A program made the translations under genes and the position numbers. From contig CAXXHO010000005.1 of assembly GCA_963667725.2 (NCBI GenBank), positions 1,056,001 to 1,120,000 of the forward strand: 64,000 nucleotides of DNA. Reading direction: 5' to 3'. The notes below the pieces were generated by a model. That model was not told the DNA's origin. It ran no database searches and saw only the letters and a program-made list of their open reading frames with translations. Shown in pieces: positions 48,627-60,500 of this stretch (within the stretch, counting starts at the first letter, position 1; each line of letters begins with the position of its first letter). The stretch comes from Treponemataceae bacterium (lineage in GTDB: Bacteria; Spirochaetota; Spirochaetia; Treponematales; Rectinemataceae).

Positions 48627-49046
48627 CTATATTTTCACTACTCCGATCGTCAGAAGCAGGTTGGCGAAGCGCCTCGTGTCGCCCGTCAGAATGACGAGCG
48701 TGGTGTCGGGCGAACTTACGGCATCATAAAACGCATAACGTTCAAGACTCTTCATCTCGATGCCGGCGGGTAGGGCCGCGCGATACTCGGCGATGACAGG
48801 CGCCTCGGCGCCGTCGGGAACCTGCATTATGGCGGCTTCCTGCACGACGATGGTGTCGAGCAGGGCTTCGAGGACTTCCGTGGTCTTGACAACGCCGGGC
48901 ATCAGGTTGAGGAAGACTTTTACCGCCGCGGGATTGGAGCGCGAGGCGACGGGATAGTTGCCGTCGCCGATAAGCACTTGTGAAAAATGCCCGGAGCGCG
49001 CGAGGGCGGAGAGAATCTCGGGGTGGAGCAGTCTCGTTTTCAGCAT
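48627..49046 (-). CDS. RbsD/FucU-family sugar mutarotase/pyranase
   Basis: MLK..LLHPEIL...GH, DGNYP, ERYAFY and TGD.R.FAN motifs. Confidence 0.85.
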   Translation of the reverse strand: MLKTRLLHPEILSALARSGHFSQVLIGDGNYPVASRSNPAAVKVFLNLMPGVVKTTEVLEALLDTIVVQEAAIMQVPDGAEAPVIAEYRAALPAGIEMKSLERYAFYDAVSSPDTTLVILTGDTRRFANLLLTIGVVKI

Positions 49047-49047
49047 A

Positions 49048-49809
49048 TCATGCCATGTAGACGCCGCCATTGATGTCGATGGTGGCGCCGGTTATGAAGC
49101 CGTCATATTCGCTGGCGAGAAAGACGACGGCTCGCGCCACGTCCTCGCAGCTACCCGCGCGATGAAGCGGAATCGAGGCTATTGTGGCTTTCTTCGACTC
49201 CTCCGTCGTATGGATGGCATGGAAAGCCGAACCCAGGATGAGACCGGGAGCCACCGCGTTTACCCTGATGCCGTCGGGCGCGAGTTCGGTCGAGAGGGAG
49301 CGCGTCAGGGTCAGTATGGCGCCCTTGGTGGTGGCGTAGATGACGGAGCCGGCATGGCCGCCTTTTCTGCCCGCGAGCGAGGCGAGATTGACGATGGAGG
49401 AAGCACCGGATTTTCTCAGAAGGGGAATCATGGCCCGCGTCACGAGAATGTTGGAGTCGAGGTTCACCGCCACCACCCGGCGGTAGAAGTCCATGTCCAT
49501 TTCCTCGAGCTTGTGTCTGGCGACGAGATCTCCCGAATTGTTGACGAGGATATCGAGATTGCTCCATTTTCCTTCCACGAAACGGGAGAGTTCCCGTACG
49601 CCGCTTTCGCTTGAAAGATCAGCCTGGATTATATCAGCGTCCCCACCCGAAGCGCGGACTTCGGCGGCCATGGATTCGGCTGATTCTTTACTTTTAAAGT
49701 AATGAATAAGAACCTTGGCGCCTTGAGCTGACAGTTCCCGGACGATGGCCTTGCCTATACCCGAACCGCCGCCCGTCACCAGTGCTTTCTTGCCTTTCAG
49801 GGAATTCAT
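49048..49809 (-). CDS. Short-chain dehydrogenase/reductase
   Basis: TGGGSGIG, YATTK and VNAVAPG motifs. Confidence 0.9.
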   Translation of the reverse strand: MNSLKGKKALVTGGGSGIGKAIVRELSAQGAKVLIHYFKSKESAESMAAEVRASGGDADIIQADLSSESGVRELSRFVEGKWSNLDILVNNSGDLVARHKLEEMDMDFYRRVVAVNLDSNILVTRAMIPLLRKSGASSIVNLASLAGRKGGHAGSVIYATTKGAILTLTRSLSTELAPDGIRVNAVAPGLILGSAFHAIHTTEESKKATIASIPLHRAGSCEDVARAVVFLASEYDGFITGATIDINGGVYMA

Positions 49810-49833
49810 CGGTACCTCCGCAGAACAACTTCT

Positions 49834-49858
49834 GCTGGTCAGTATAGTATTGACCAGC
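49834..49858. promoter_or_regulatory. Inverted-repeat operator between the SDR and dctP genes
   Basis: GCTGGTCA-N9-TGACCAGC. Confidence 0.5.
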
Positions 49859-49953
49859 CCGGTCAGCAAGGCTAACGAGGTTTTGATTGACTTAGGGGCA
49901 AAGCGGGCTTACGCTTAATCGTAACTATCGAATCTTCCAGGAGGTGTTTTATC

Positions 49954-50925
49954 ATGCTCAGGAAACTTGTTTCGATCGCCGCGATCCTGCTTGTCGCCGT
50001 GAGTTTCGCGGGCGCCGCCCCCAAGTATAATTGGAAACTGGCCTCGGTTCTTCCGGACAGCCATCCGGTCCATCAGGCCCTCGTCTTCTTCGCCGACGAG
50101 CTCGCCAGGAAGAGCAATGGGGATATCAAGCTCCTGCTATTCCCTGCCGGCCAGCTGGGACAGGAAAAGGACTATATCGAAGCCATCAAGATCGGTTCGC
50201 TCGAATTCGCCAAGGTTTCATCCGGTCCCGTCGGGCAGTACGCGCCCACCTTCCAGGTCATATCCCTCCCCCTCATCTGGAGAAGCCTCGAGCACCAGCA
50301 TAACGTGCTGCAGGGAGCCATCGGCAAGCGCCTGATGGGCGACCTCGACAAGGCAGGCTACAAGGGCCTCGCCTTCATGGACGCCGGCTTCCGTTCGATC
50401 ACGGCATCCAAGCCCATCTATACCCCATCCGATCTGAAGGGCCTCAAGATCCGCGTCATGCAGTCCAAGCCCCTCATCGACACGGTCAACGCTCTCGGCG
50501 GCAACGCCGTCCCGATGGGTCAGTCCGAGGTTTACAGCGCGCTGCAGACCAAGGTCATCGACGGCTGGGAAAACAACGAGCCCACCGTCCTCTCCTTCAA
50601 CATGCAGGAAGTGGCCAAGTATTACAGCTATACGCGCCATTCGTCGATTCCCGATTTCCTCATGATGAACAAGAAACTTTTCGACAGTCTGCCCAAGAAT
50701 CTTCAGACCATAGTCGAGGAGACGGCCAAAGAGGCCATGCTCAAACATAACGAACTCTGGGGCAAGATGATCGACAAGACGGTATCCGACCTCAAGGCCA
50801 AGGGCATGATCTTCAACGAGGTGAAAGACGTAACGGAATTCCAGAAGGCTATAAGCGGCGTCTGGAAGGAATTCGAGCCGGTAGTCGGCAAGGATCTCAT
50901 AGACGCGATCGTGGCTGCCAAGTAA
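49954..50925 (+). CDS. dctP: TRAP transporter substrate-binding protein
   Basis: DLKGLKIRVM and EVYSALQTKVIDGWEN motifs; signal peptide. Confidence 0.92.
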   Translation: MLRKLVSIAAILLVAVSFAGAAPKYNWKLASVLPDSHPVHQALVFFADELARKSNGDIKLLLFPAGQLGQEKDYIEAIKIGSLEFAKVSSGPVGQYAPTFQVISLPLIWRSLEHQHNVLQGAIGKRLMGDLDKAGYKGLAFMDAGFRSITASKPIYTPSDLKGLKIRVMQSKPLIDTVNALGGNAVPMGQSEVYSALQTKVIDGWENNEPTVLSFNMQEVAKYYSYTRHSSIPDFLMMNKKLFDSLPKNLQTIVEETAKEAMLKHNELWGKMIDKTVSDLKAKGMIFNEVKDVTEFQKAISGVWKEFEPVVGKDLIDAIVAAK

Positions 50926-50953
50926 AGATCGCCTATCTCTAGCGGAACATTCT

Positions 50954-50997
50954 CGAAACGTTGGGCGGCGGCCTTAAGGCCGCCGCCCAACGTTTCG
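50954..50997. repeat. Perfect 44-bp palindrome between dctP and dctQ
   Basis: CGAAACGTTGGGCGGCGGCCTT|AAGGCCGCCGCCCAACGTTTCG. Confidence 0.9.
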
Positions 50998-51030
50998 GAG
51001 CACTCAACCCCTCGCGTCATGGAGGCTTTC

Positions 51031-51549
51031 ATGCAGGATCTCGTTTCCAGGATTCTCGGCAGGATGGAACGCGTACTTACGGGCTTTGCCGCCGCCATCA
51101 TGGCCGCGCTTTCCCTCATCGTGTGCTGGCAGGTTTTCGCCCGCTATATCCTGCAGAAAAGCCCTGTCTGGGTAGAAGAGTTTTCGGTGACGGCTATCAT
51201 GTGGATAGGGCTTCTTGGCGCGGCGTCGGCCGTCTGGACGGGCGATCACATGAGGCTGGAGCTGGTCGCGAAGCGCTTGCCCAAGCGGCTTGGCGTCATC
51301 CTTGAGGTTCTCATCGACGCGTCGATCGGCTATTTTTCCATCTTCCTATTCAAGCACGGATGGGTTCTCACGGAGGCGATGTGGACGAGCCGTATGTCCA
51401 CGATACCGCTGCCTTTGGGGCTCACCTATCTGGTCCTGCCGATCGCGGCGGCTTTCATGATTGTTTTCGCCGTTTTCAGGGTGGCGGTGAAGATCCTCCA
51501 GGCTTCGAAAAAAGGTTCCGCAGAAGGAGGAAACGACAATGCCCGTTGA
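51031..51549 (+). CDS. dctQ: TRAP transporter small permease
   Basis: QVFARY, WVEE and 4 TM helices; GGAGG precedes ATG 51031. Confidence 0.88.
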   Translation: MQDLVSRILGRMERVLTGFAAAIMAALSLIVCWQVFARYILQKSPVWVEEFSVTAIMWIGLLGAASAVWTGDHMRLELVAKRLPKRLGVILEVLIDASIGYFSIFLFKHGWVLTEAMWTSRMSTIPLPLGLTYLVLPIAAAFMIVFAVFRVAVKILQASKKGSAEGGNDNAR

Positions 51550-52822
51550 AATCGTCCTCCTCGGTTCATTCGCGGTGCTCATTCTCCTCGGGATTCCCAT
51601 CTCGTTCAGCCTCGGGATTTCGTCGCTTCTGGCGGCCAACGCCACGGGAATGGGACCGGCCGTAATCGCGCAACGTGTCGCGGCGAGCATGCAGTCCTTT
51701 CCCCTTCTGGCCATTCCTCTCTTCATACTGGCCGGCTCCATAATGGCCAAGGGCGGGGTGGCTAAAAGGATGGTTGACCTGGCCTATGTCCTGGTGGGGC
51801 CGCTTCCCGGCGGGCTCGCCATCGTCAACTGCATCGAATCGATGTTTTTCGGCGGCGTGTCGGGCTCGGCGGTGGCCGATGTCTCGTCCACCGGAAGCAT
51901 CATGATCCCGATGATGGTGGAGAAAGGATACGACAGGGATTTTTCGGTGGCTGTAACGGTCGCGTCGGCGAGTCAGGGAATCATCATCCCGCCCTCGCAC
52001 AATATGGTAATCTACGCGATGGTGGCAGGGAGCGTATCGGTAGGCAGGCTTTTCCTGGCGGGGTATATTCCGGGCATCGCGCTTGGGCTCAGCCTTTCCA
52101 TCGCCTGTTTCATCATCGCCCTCAAGAAGAAATATCCCTGCGAGAAGAGGCCGCCTTTCAGACAGAGCCTTCGCATAATAATTGACGGGATTTTCGCGCT
52201 CATATCGGCCCTCATCATCGTCGTGGGAATCGCGGCGGGCATCTTCACGGCCACGGAGGCTTCGGCCGTATCGGTCATGTATGCCGCCTTCCTGGGCTTC
52301 GTGGTCTACAAAGAACTCAAGCTGAAAGATCTCTGGCCCATCCTGATGGAATCGGTCAAGACGACGGCCATCGTTCTATTTCTCATCGGCTGCGCCTCGG
52401 CTTTCGGCTGGATGATGACCTACCTGCGAATTCCCGCCGCCGTGATGAATTTCTTCCTTGGCCTTACCCAGAACCGATTCCTCATCCTTCTGCTCGTGAA
52501 CATCCTGCTTCTGTTTTTAGGCATGGTGATGGACGTGGCGCCGCTTATCGTCATCGTGACTCCCGTCCTCCTGCCCGTCGTAAAAGCGGCGGGCATGAGC
52601 GAGATCACTTTCGGCATCATGCTGATGCTGAACCTGGGCATCGGGCTGACGACGCCTCCTGTGGGCGCCAGCCTTTTCGTCGGCTGCATGGTGGGAAAGA
52701 CGACGATAGAAAAAGTGAGCAAGGCCATGCTGCCGCTCTGGCCGGCTATGTTCGCCGTGTTGTTCCTGATCACCTATGTGCCCTGGTTCACCGAATTCCT
52801 GCCCAACATGTTCATGAAGTAA
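51539..52822 (+). CDS. dctM: TRAP transporter large permease
   Basis: AIPLFILAG, GGVSGSAVAD, IIPPS, FTATE and TPPVG motifs. Confidence 0.93.
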   Translation: MPVEIVLLGSFAVLILLGIPISFSLGISSLLAANATGMGPAVIAQRVAASMQSFPLLAIPLFILAGSIMAKGGVAKRMVDLAYVLVGPLPGGLAIVNCIESMFFGGVSGSAVADVSSTGSIMIPMMVEKGYDRDFSVAVTVASASQGIIIPPSHNMVIYAMVAGSVSVGRLFLAGYIPGIALGLSLSIACFIIALKKKYPCEKRPPFRQSLRIIIDGIFALISALIIVVGIAAGIFTATEASAVSVMYAAFLGFVVYKELKLKDLWPILMESVKTTAIVLFLIGCASAFGWMMTYLRIPAAVMNFFLGLTQNRFLILLLVNILLLFLGMVMDVAPLIVIVTPVLLPVVKAAGMSEITFGIMLMLNLGIGLTTPPVGASLFVGCMVGKTTIEKVSKAMLPLWPAMFAVLFLITYVPWFTEFLPNMFMK

Positions 52823-52836
52823 ACGTTTATGAAGGG

Positions 52837-54405
<1,569 letters not shown>

Positions 54406-54483
54406 CTACGCTTCCTTCCTCAGCCCTGGCGGGCCGATAATTACCGAGGTAAGAAGGAGTACCACAAGCGCGGTTCGTGCCAT
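54406..54483 (-). CDS. ilvC leader peptide MARTALVVLLLTSVIIGPPGLRKEA
   Basis: 25-aa ORF rich in Leu/Val/Ile, between a TTGACA-17-TACAAA promoter (54523-54495) and the terminator. Confidence 0.8.
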   Translation of the reverse strand: MARTALVVLLLTSVIIGPPGLRKEA

Positions 54484-54620
54484 GATTTCTGGAATTTGTA
54501 GACTAGTGCCCTCATGCTGTCAAGGCCTAAAAGCCCGACATCGTATAAATATGATAAAAATTGGAATTTGCATTCAGCTCTTGACAAGGGAATGCCGTCC
54601 GTATATTAATCAATACACTT

Positions 54621-54698
54621 ATGGTACGTGTATCGCAGGTAGTCGTAATTATTATTTCCTCCATTATTATTCCCGAAAGGAATACGAAGGAAGTATAG
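54621..54698 (+). CDS. ilvBN leader peptide MVRVSQVVVIIISSIIIPERNTKEV
   Basis: 25-aa ORF with Val/Ile runs, downstream of TTGACA at 54581. Confidence 0.85.
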   Translation: MVRVSQVVVIIISSIIIPERNTKEV

Positions 54699-54720
54699 AC
54701 TGCCGGTCGCGATGCGACGA

Positions 54721-54760
54721 AGAGGCCGTTCTTCCTTCGGGAAGGACGGCCTCTTTTTTT
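54721..54760 (+). terminator. Attenuator terminator of the ilvBN leader
   Basis: AGAGGCCGTTCTTCC-TTCG-GGAAGGACGGCCTCT followed by a T run. Confidence 0.85.
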
Positions 54761-54776
54761 ATCTGAAAGGAGCCGG

Positions 54777-56558
54777 ATGGTGATGAGAAGTGGAGCCGAA
54801 ATGATCGTCGAAGCCCTGCGCCGGGAAAAGGTCGACACGGTATTCGGATACCCGGGCGGCGCCGTCATTCCTATTTTCGACGCTCTCTACGACGCGCGCG
54901 ACATCCGCGTGATACTTGTCCGGCATGAGCAGGCGGCTGTCCATGCCGCCGACGGCTACGCGAGGGCTACGGGCAGGGTGGGCGTCTGCATCGCCACGAG
55001 CGGTCCAGGCGCCACCAATACCGTCACAGGCTTGGCCACAGCCCGCTTCGATTCCGTTCCCCTCGTCTGCGTTACCGGCCAGGTTTCCCGCGCCCTGATC
55101 GGCAACGACGCTTTCCAGGAGGCCGACACCATCGGGATTACCCAGCCGGTGACGAAGCACAATTATCTCGTCATGAAGCGAAGCGCCCTGGGGGCGATGC
55201 TGAAGCAGTCCTTCCATATCGCGGTGAGCGGCCGCCCCGGACCCGTCGTCATCGATGTTCCCAAGGATATACAGCTCGAGGCCCTGGACGATCAGTATCC
55301 CGACAAGGTGGCGATCCGCGGCTATAAGCCCGCGAGCCGCGCGCCTCGCGAACAGGTGGAAGCCCTCGCAGCGGCGATATCCGAGGCGAGGCGGCCGCTT
55401 TTCTTCGTAGGCGGGGGCATGGTGATCTCCGGCTCGGCGTCGGTCTTCGCGAAGATTCTCGAGGCTACGGGCATTCCCTTCGTCACTTCCCTCATGGGCA
55501 TCGGCCTCGTCGCCTCGAGTCATCCCCTGAACCTGGGGATGATCGGCATGCATGGAAGCATCGAGGCGAACAAGGCCCTTACCGCCTGCGATCTCCTCGT
55601 GGGCCTGGGCACGCGTTTCGACGACAGGGCGACGGGCAACACCGCCCGCTTCGCTCCCCGGGCGAAAATCGCCCATGTGGACATCGATCCCACATCCATC
55701 GGACGGAATCTGCGCGTCGATTTCCCCGTAGAGGGAGACTTGAGGCTTGTGCTTGGCGATCTGGCGCCTTCGCTCGCGGCGGGAGACGGGCGGCCGGATT
55801 GGATCGGGGAGGTTGAGGGCTACAGGCGGCTGGCGCGGGATTTCGAGGCGCGCTTCGCGGATGCTGACTCGGCCGAGCGGCCGCCCTCGCCCAGGGAAGT
55901 CCTCTCGGCCGTCAACGAACTTCTTCCCGGCGCTCTTATCGCCACCGAGGTCGGGCAGAACCAGATGTGGGCGGCCCAATACCTCGCCTTCGACCGGCCG
56001 CGACGTTGGCTGACATCGGGAGGCCTGGGCACGATGGGCTATGGTTTCCCGGCTGGGATGGGCGCCCAGGTGGCCTTCCCGGCGGATACGGTGGTGGTGA
56101 TCGCGGGAGACGGTTCTTTCCAAATGAACATTCAGGAGCTGGCGACCTGCGTTCAGGAAAACATTCCCCTCATCGTCGTCGTGATGAACAACGGTTATCT
56201 CGGCATGGTGAGGCAGTGGCAGGAGCTGTTCTTCGAGCGGCGCTATTCGTCAGTCTGCCTCCAGTCCCGCAGGGGTAGCGACGGGAAATGCGACAGGGGC
56301 TGCGGGAAGGACAGCGCGGCGCTCGATGGGTGCTGTCCACCCTATTCTCCCGACTTCGTTGCCATCGCCAGGGCTTACGGCGCCCTGGGTTACGGCGCCT
56401 CCACCCCGGGGGAATTCCGCGACGCCCTCCTCGCGGCGAAAAACGCGCGCCGCCCGGCTGTCATCGACTGCCGGATCGGCCGGGAGGAAAATGTGTGGCC
56501 CATCGTCGCCCCCGGCAAGGGAAACGACGAGATGACGTATAAAGGGGTTTTGGTATGA
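54777..56558 (+). CDS. ilvB: Acetohydroxyacid synthase large subunit
   Basis: FGYPGG, RHEQ, TSGPGATN and GDGSFQMN...NN motifs. Confidence 0.95.
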   Translation: MVMRSGAEMIVEALRREKVDTVFGYPGGAVIPIFDALYDARDIRVILVRHEQAAVHAADGYARATGRVGVCIATSGPGATNTVTGLATARFDSVPLVCVTGQVSRALIGNDAFQEADTIGITQPVTKHNYLVMKRSALGAMLKQSFHIAVSGRPGPVVIDVPKDIQLEALDDQYPDKVAIRGYKPASRAPREQVEALAAAISEARRPLFFVGGGMVISGSASVFAKILEATGIPFVTSLMGIGLVASSHPLNLGMIGMHGSIEANKALTACDLLVGLGTRFDDRATGNTARFAPRAKIAHVDIDPTSIGRNLRVDFPVEGDLRLVLGDLAPSLAAGDGRPDWIGEVEGYRRLARDFEARFADADSAERPPSPREVLSAVNELLPGALIATEVGQNQMWAAQYLAFDRPRRWLTSGGLGTMGYGFPAGMGAQVAFPADTVVVIAGDGSFQMNIQELATCVQENIPLIVVVMNNGYLGMVRQWQELFFERRYSSVCLQSRRGSDGKCDRGCGKDSAALDGCCPPYSPDFVAIARAYGALGYGASTPGEFRDALLAAKNARRPAVIDCRIGREENVWPIVAPGKGNDEMTYKGVLV

Positions 56559-56803
56559 CACATGTGGTATCGCTGCTCGTGGAAAATCGCGAAGGGGTTC
56601 TGTCGCGCATCGCGAGACTTTTTGACGGCAGGGACTATAGGCTTGAAAGCCTCATGACCTCAGCTGCCGACGAGCCCGAGACGAGTCGGATGACCCTCGT
56701 GGTCAGCGGGGCTCTGGCGGCGGTCGATAAGGTCGAGAAACAGCTCCGCAAGTTGATTGACGTTATCGAAGTGGATGTCGTCCACGATGTCGCGGCGATC
56801 TGA
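56555..56803 (+). CDS. ilvN: Acetohydroxyacid synthase small subunit (ACT domain only)
   Basis: LVENREGVLSRI and KQLRKLIDV motifs. Confidence 0.85.
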   Translation: MTHVVSLLVENREGVLSRIARLFDGRDYRLESLMTSAADEPETSRMTLVVSGALAAVDKVEKQLRKLIDVIEVDVVHDVAAI

Positions 56804-56813
56804 GGCGGCGCTT

Positions 56814-57239
56814 CTAGGCCTTAGCCTCTTCGATGAAATTTTTCACGGCGTTTTCGATCATGTCGCGTATGCGGCGCGTTTCTTCCATTTTTTCCGAATC
56901 GCTTCCCGCGAGCGCGGAAGGGTCGGGAAAGGGCCAATGCAGTTTTCTGTGTCGGCCCGGAAAAATCGGGCAACGTTCGGCCGCTTCCTTGGAGCATACG
57001 GTGACGACGACGTCGTAACGCCTTCCCTCGGCGGCGAAATCGAATACGCTTTTAGTGACGTTGCGCGATATGTCGATGCCGACTTCGGCCATGGCGCGCA
57101 CAACGTAAGGATTGAGCTTGCCCGGCTCAATGCCGGCGCTCTCCGCCTCGAATTTTCCCCCGCCGTAGTTCTTCAGGAAGGCTTCCGCCATCTGACTGCG
57201 CGCGGAATTATGGACGCACAGAAAGAGGACTCTCGTCAT
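56814..57239 (-). CDS. arsC: Arsenate reductase (LMW-PTP type)
   Basis: [18 protein letters not shown] and HWPFPDP motifs. Confidence 0.9.
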   Translation of the reverse strand: MTRVLFLCVHNSARSQMAEAFLKNYGGGKFEAESAGIEPGKLNPYVVRAMAEVGIDISRNVTKSVFDFAAEGRRYDVVVTVCSKEAAERCPIFPGRHRKLHWPFPDPSALAGSDSEKMEETRRIRDMIENAVKNFIEEAKA

Positions 57240-58342
57240 GGTCGATCCTTCGGAGCGCCAGAGGGCCGCTCGGCGCCAGCCTTAGCCCCGGCGCCAGCAC
57301 CAACCTGCTCGGGGAACCAGTGTTTCGTGCGCTTCGCTATGGAGACGAGATGGAGCATGACGGGCACCTCGGTGAGGACGCCCACCGTGGTGGCGAGGGC
57401 GGCGCCCGACGATAACCCGAAGAGGCTGATGGCCACGGCGACTGCCAGTTCGAAGAAATTGGATGCCCCGATCATGCCGGCGGGCGCCGCCACGGCGTAG
57501 GGAACCTTCCACAGCTTCGCCCAGCCATAGCCGATCCAGAAGATCAGATAGGTCTGCAGTATGAGGGGCACGGCGATGAGGAGTATCGTCAGCGGATGCG
57601 AGAGAATGGTTTCGCCCTGGAAGGCGAAAAGGATGACGAGGGTGGCCAAGAGTCCGGTTATCGTCACGCCGTCGAATTTCTTGCAGAACACAGTCTCAAA
57701 CCATTCGAGGCCCCGTCGTTTCACGAGGTAGTGCCGCGTCAGGTAGCCTAGGCTCAAGGGGATGACGACGAAAAGGACCACCGAGAGGATGAGGGTATCG
57801 AGGGGTACATGAACGTTCGAAACGCCCAGGAGAAATGACACGATGGGCACGAAGGCGATGAGAATGACGAGGTCGTTGATCGCCACCTGGATGACGGTAT
57901 AGGCGGGATCCCCGTCGGAGAGATAGGACCAGACGAAGACCATGGCTGTGCAGGGCGCGGCGCCCAGCAGCACAGCTCCTGCGATGTAGTCGGTCGAGGC
58001 GTCGGCGGGGATCAGTCCCTTGAAGATCACTTTCAGGAAGAGCCAGGCTATGGCGTACATGGTGAAGGGCTTTATGAGCCAGTTGACGACGAGGGTGATG
58101 GCGAGGCCCTTGGGCTTGCGCCCGGCGTTCCTGATGCTCTGGAAGTCGACCTTCAGCATCATGGGATAGATCATGAGCCATATGAGAACGGCTACGGGGA
58201 TTGAAACGTGGGCGTACTCGAGCTTGTTGAGAAAAGCCGGAACGCCGGGCAGGAGTCTCCCGATGGCGACGCCGGCCACGATGCAGAGGAATACCCAGAG
58301 TGAAAGGTACTTCTGAAAAAAGCCGATCCGCTTTTCGGACAT
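57236..58342 (-). CDS. acr3: Arsenite efflux transporter ACR3
   Basis: [27 protein letters not shown] and EVP motifs. Confidence 0.93.
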   Translation of the reverse strand: MSEKRIGFFQKYLSLWVFLCIVAGVAIGRLLPGVPAFLNKLEYAHVSIPVAVLIWLMIYPMMLKVDFQSIRNAGRKPKGLAITLVVNWLIKPFTMYAIAWLFLKVIFKGLIPADASTDYIAGAVLLGAAPCTAMVFVWSYLSDGDPAYTVIQVAINDLVILIAFVPIVSFLLGVSNVHVPLDTLILSVVLFVVIPLSLGYLTRHYLVKRRGLEWFETVFCKKFDGVTITGLLATLVILFAFQGETILSHPLTILLIAVPLILQTYLIFWIGYGWAKLWKVPYAVAAPAGMIGASNFFELAVAVAISLFGLSSGAALATTVGVLTEVPVMLHLVSIAKRTKHWFPEQVGAGAGAKAGAERPSGAPKDRP

Positions 58343-58375
58343 GACTGCTCCTTTTGAAATCGCGCTAACCTTATA

Positions 58376-58453
58376 TTGGCGATTCTACCAAATGTAGAAG
58401 ACTAGTCAAGAGCTCTTCATTGACAGCCTGCTTATTTTTGGCGAAAATGCCAA
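58376..58453. promoter_or_regulatory. Two ArsR-type operators in the divergent acr3/arsR promoter region
   Basis: TTGGC-N6-ACCAA (58376-91) and TTGGC-N6-GCCAA (58438-53). Confidence 0.55.
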
Positions 58454-58458
58454 TCAAG

Positions 58459-58806
58459 ATGGACACAAACGAGAAAGCCCTGCATGAGCGGCGGGTACAG
58501 GTTCTCAAGGCCCTCGCCCATTCTTCGCGGCTCTATATCGTGATGAGGCTTGCGGATCGGGAAGCCAGCGTCGGCGAACTCACCGGCGAGATAGGCGCCG
58601 ATATATCGACGGTTTCGAAACATCTGGCGGTCTTAAGGTCAGCCGGACTCGTGGCTGACCGACGGGAAGGGCAGACGGTGCTATATTCGCTGTCCTGCAC
58701 CTGCATCCTGGATTTTCTTCATTGTATCGATGCGGTCGCTCCCGCTGACGAGACGGGGATACGACGAGGCTCAACCTGCGGGATCATGAAATCTGGGATT
58801 GAATGA
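58459..58806 (+). CDS. ArsR/SmtB-family regulator
   Basis: KALAHSSRL, STVSKHLAVL and C-terminal CTC..C. Confidence 0.85.
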   Translation: MDTNEKALHERRVQVLKALAHSSRLYIVMRLADREASVGELTGEIGADISTVSKHLAVLRSAGLVADRREGQTVLYSLSCTCILDFLHCIDAVAPADETGIRRGSTCGIMKSGIE

Positions 58807-59119
58807 GCAGGTCCAGTCTTTTCTTGCGTTCGGCGATGATAGCCGATTCGGCGCAGGCGCCCAGCTCAAGGACGCATGGGGCGGTGAGCCTGTACTCGAC
58901 GAGCGTTCCCCGTTTTTCGATATCGACCAGTCCGACATTTTTCAGTTGAGAAAGATGTTTCGAGGCCACGGACTTGTCGATTCCCGCTTCGATCGCCAGT
59001 TCGCACACGCACCAGGGGCGTACGCGCAGCTTTTCGAGGAGGAAGAGCCGCATCGGATGGGAGAGCGCCTTGAACATCTCGGCTCTCAATAGGTATCGCT
59101 GCAGAATTTTTTCATCCAT
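58784..59119 (-). CDS. ArsR/SmtB-family regulator
   Basis: FKALSHPMRL, CVCEL and SKHLSQL motifs; TGTTTCGAAACA palindrome at 59136-47. Confidence 0.88.
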   Translation of the reverse strand: MDEKILQRYLLRAEMFKALSHPMRLFLLEKLRVRPWCVCELAIEAGIDKSVASKHLSQLKNVGLVDIEKRGTLVEYRLTAPCVLELGACAESAIIAERKKRLDLLIQSQIS

Positions 59120-59204
59120 TGTGTTAATGTTGCAATGTTTCGAAACAAATGTCAACAGAGGTCTTGACTTTTCAATGCAAAGTTTCCACAATTAGAAACA
59201 AGAG

Positions 59205-59693
59205 GTGCTCATGGATACGATATTTCTCTATGTCCTTGCCGGGGCGGGGCTTCTCGTCTCGCTCGTCAAGGATCGGACAAAGACTAGGACTGCCATGAAA
59301 AAAGCCTTCAAGGCTTTCGAGAATATCCTTCCGCAGTTCTTTGTGGTGCTTGTGTTGGTATCCATCGCTCTAGCCGTGCTCGACACGGCGATGATCTCCC
59401 GATTCCTGGGAAGCAATTCAGGGATCTGGGGGCTTTTAGGCGCTTCCCTCGTCGGCGCGATAACGCTGATCCCCGGATTCGTAGCCTTTCCCGCGGCGGC
59501 TGCTTTGCTTAAGGGAGGCGCGGGCGTTACCCAGATCGCGGCCTTTGTCTCGAGCCTGATGATGGTCGGGGTGGTAACCCTGCCAATGGAGATCAAGTAT
59601 TTCGGTAAACGCGCCGCGCTCCTCCGGAACGGATTCGCCTTCATCTTTTCCCTTGTGGCCGCGCTCTTCGTCGGATGGGTGGTGGGATCATGA
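59205..59693 (+). CDS. Small permease (DUF318/ArsP-like half)
   Basis: Hydrophobic, with GAITLIPGFVAFP and E..YFG motifs. Confidence 0.7.
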   Translation: MLMDTIFLYVLAGAGLLVSLVKDRTKTRTAMKKAFKAFENILPQFFVVLVLVSIALAVLDTAMISRFLGSNSGIWGLLGASLVGAITLIPGFVAFPAAAALLKGGAGVTQIAAFVSSLMMVGVVTLPMEIKYFGKRAALLRNGFAFIFSLVAALFVGWVVGS

Positions 59694-60226
59694 ATATACC
59701 TATGAAACGATACATGGGCGCGATCGTCGCGACGATCGGATTCGCCGCGTTTATACTCTTTATACCGGATTACCGCGACAAGGCTTTCTCTACCCTGGCA
59801 TTCCAGGTCAAGACGATGCTTCTCGTCATCCCTCCCATTTTCATCCTTCTGGGATTGCTCGATGTGTGGGTGCCGCGGGAGAAGATGATACGCTATATGG
59901 GCGAAAAGTCGGGATGGAAGGGGACGTTTATCGCCTTCCTTCTGGGATCCTTCGCCGCGGGGCCTCTGTATGGCGCATTCCCCTTCGCGGCCGTGCTGAT
60001 GAAGAAGGGCGCTAGCTTCATGAACATATTGATTTTCATCGGCGCCTGGTCAACGACCAAAATACCCATGCTTTTATTCGAAAGCTCGGCTTTGGGGATG
60101 AAGTTTGCCCTCTCCCGCCTGGCGATCGATATCGTGGGGATCATCATCATCGCCTTCGCGATCCGCAAGGCTTTGCCGAAGAAAGAAGTTGAGCGCCTCT
60201 ATGCAGAGGCGGAGAAATTGAGCTGA
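59690..60226 (+). CDS. Small permease (DUF318/ArsP-like half)
   Basis: GLLDVWVP, AGPLYGAFP and KKGA motifs; ATGA overlap. Confidence 0.7.
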   Translation: MNIPMKRYMGAIVATIGFAAFILFIPDYRDKAFSTLAFQVKTMLLVIPPIFILLGLLDVWVPREKMIRYMGEKSGWKGTFIAFLLGSFAAGPLYGAFPFAAVLMKKGASFMNILIFIGAWSTTKIPMLLFESSALGMKFALSRLAIDIVGIIIIAFAIRKALPKKEVERLYAEAEKLS

Positions 60227-60248
60227 ACTTTACCTTATGGAGGTTGTC

Positions 60249-60500
60249 ATGAAAGTACAGATTCTTGGTTCCGGCTGCCCGAAATGCAAGCTTCTTGAGC
60301 AGCATGCCCGCGAGGCCGTGGCCGAACTCGGCATCCAGGCCGATATCGAAAAGGTCACGGACATCGATGCGATCATGGAGATGGGCGTGATGATGACGCC
60401 GGCTCTCGCGATCGACGGCGACGTGAAGAGCGTCGGACGCGTGCTCACGAAGGAGCAGGTGGCTTCCTATCTCCAGGGAGGCAAATTCCATGCCCTGTAA
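60249..60500 (+). CDS. Small thioredoxin-like redox-active disulfide protein
   Basis: ILGSGCPKC and GVMMTPALAIDG motifs. Confidence 0.88.
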   Translation: MKVQILGSGCPKCKLLEQHAREAVAELGIQADIEKVTDIDAIMEMGVMMTPALAIDGDVKSVGRVLTKEQVASYLQGGKFHAL

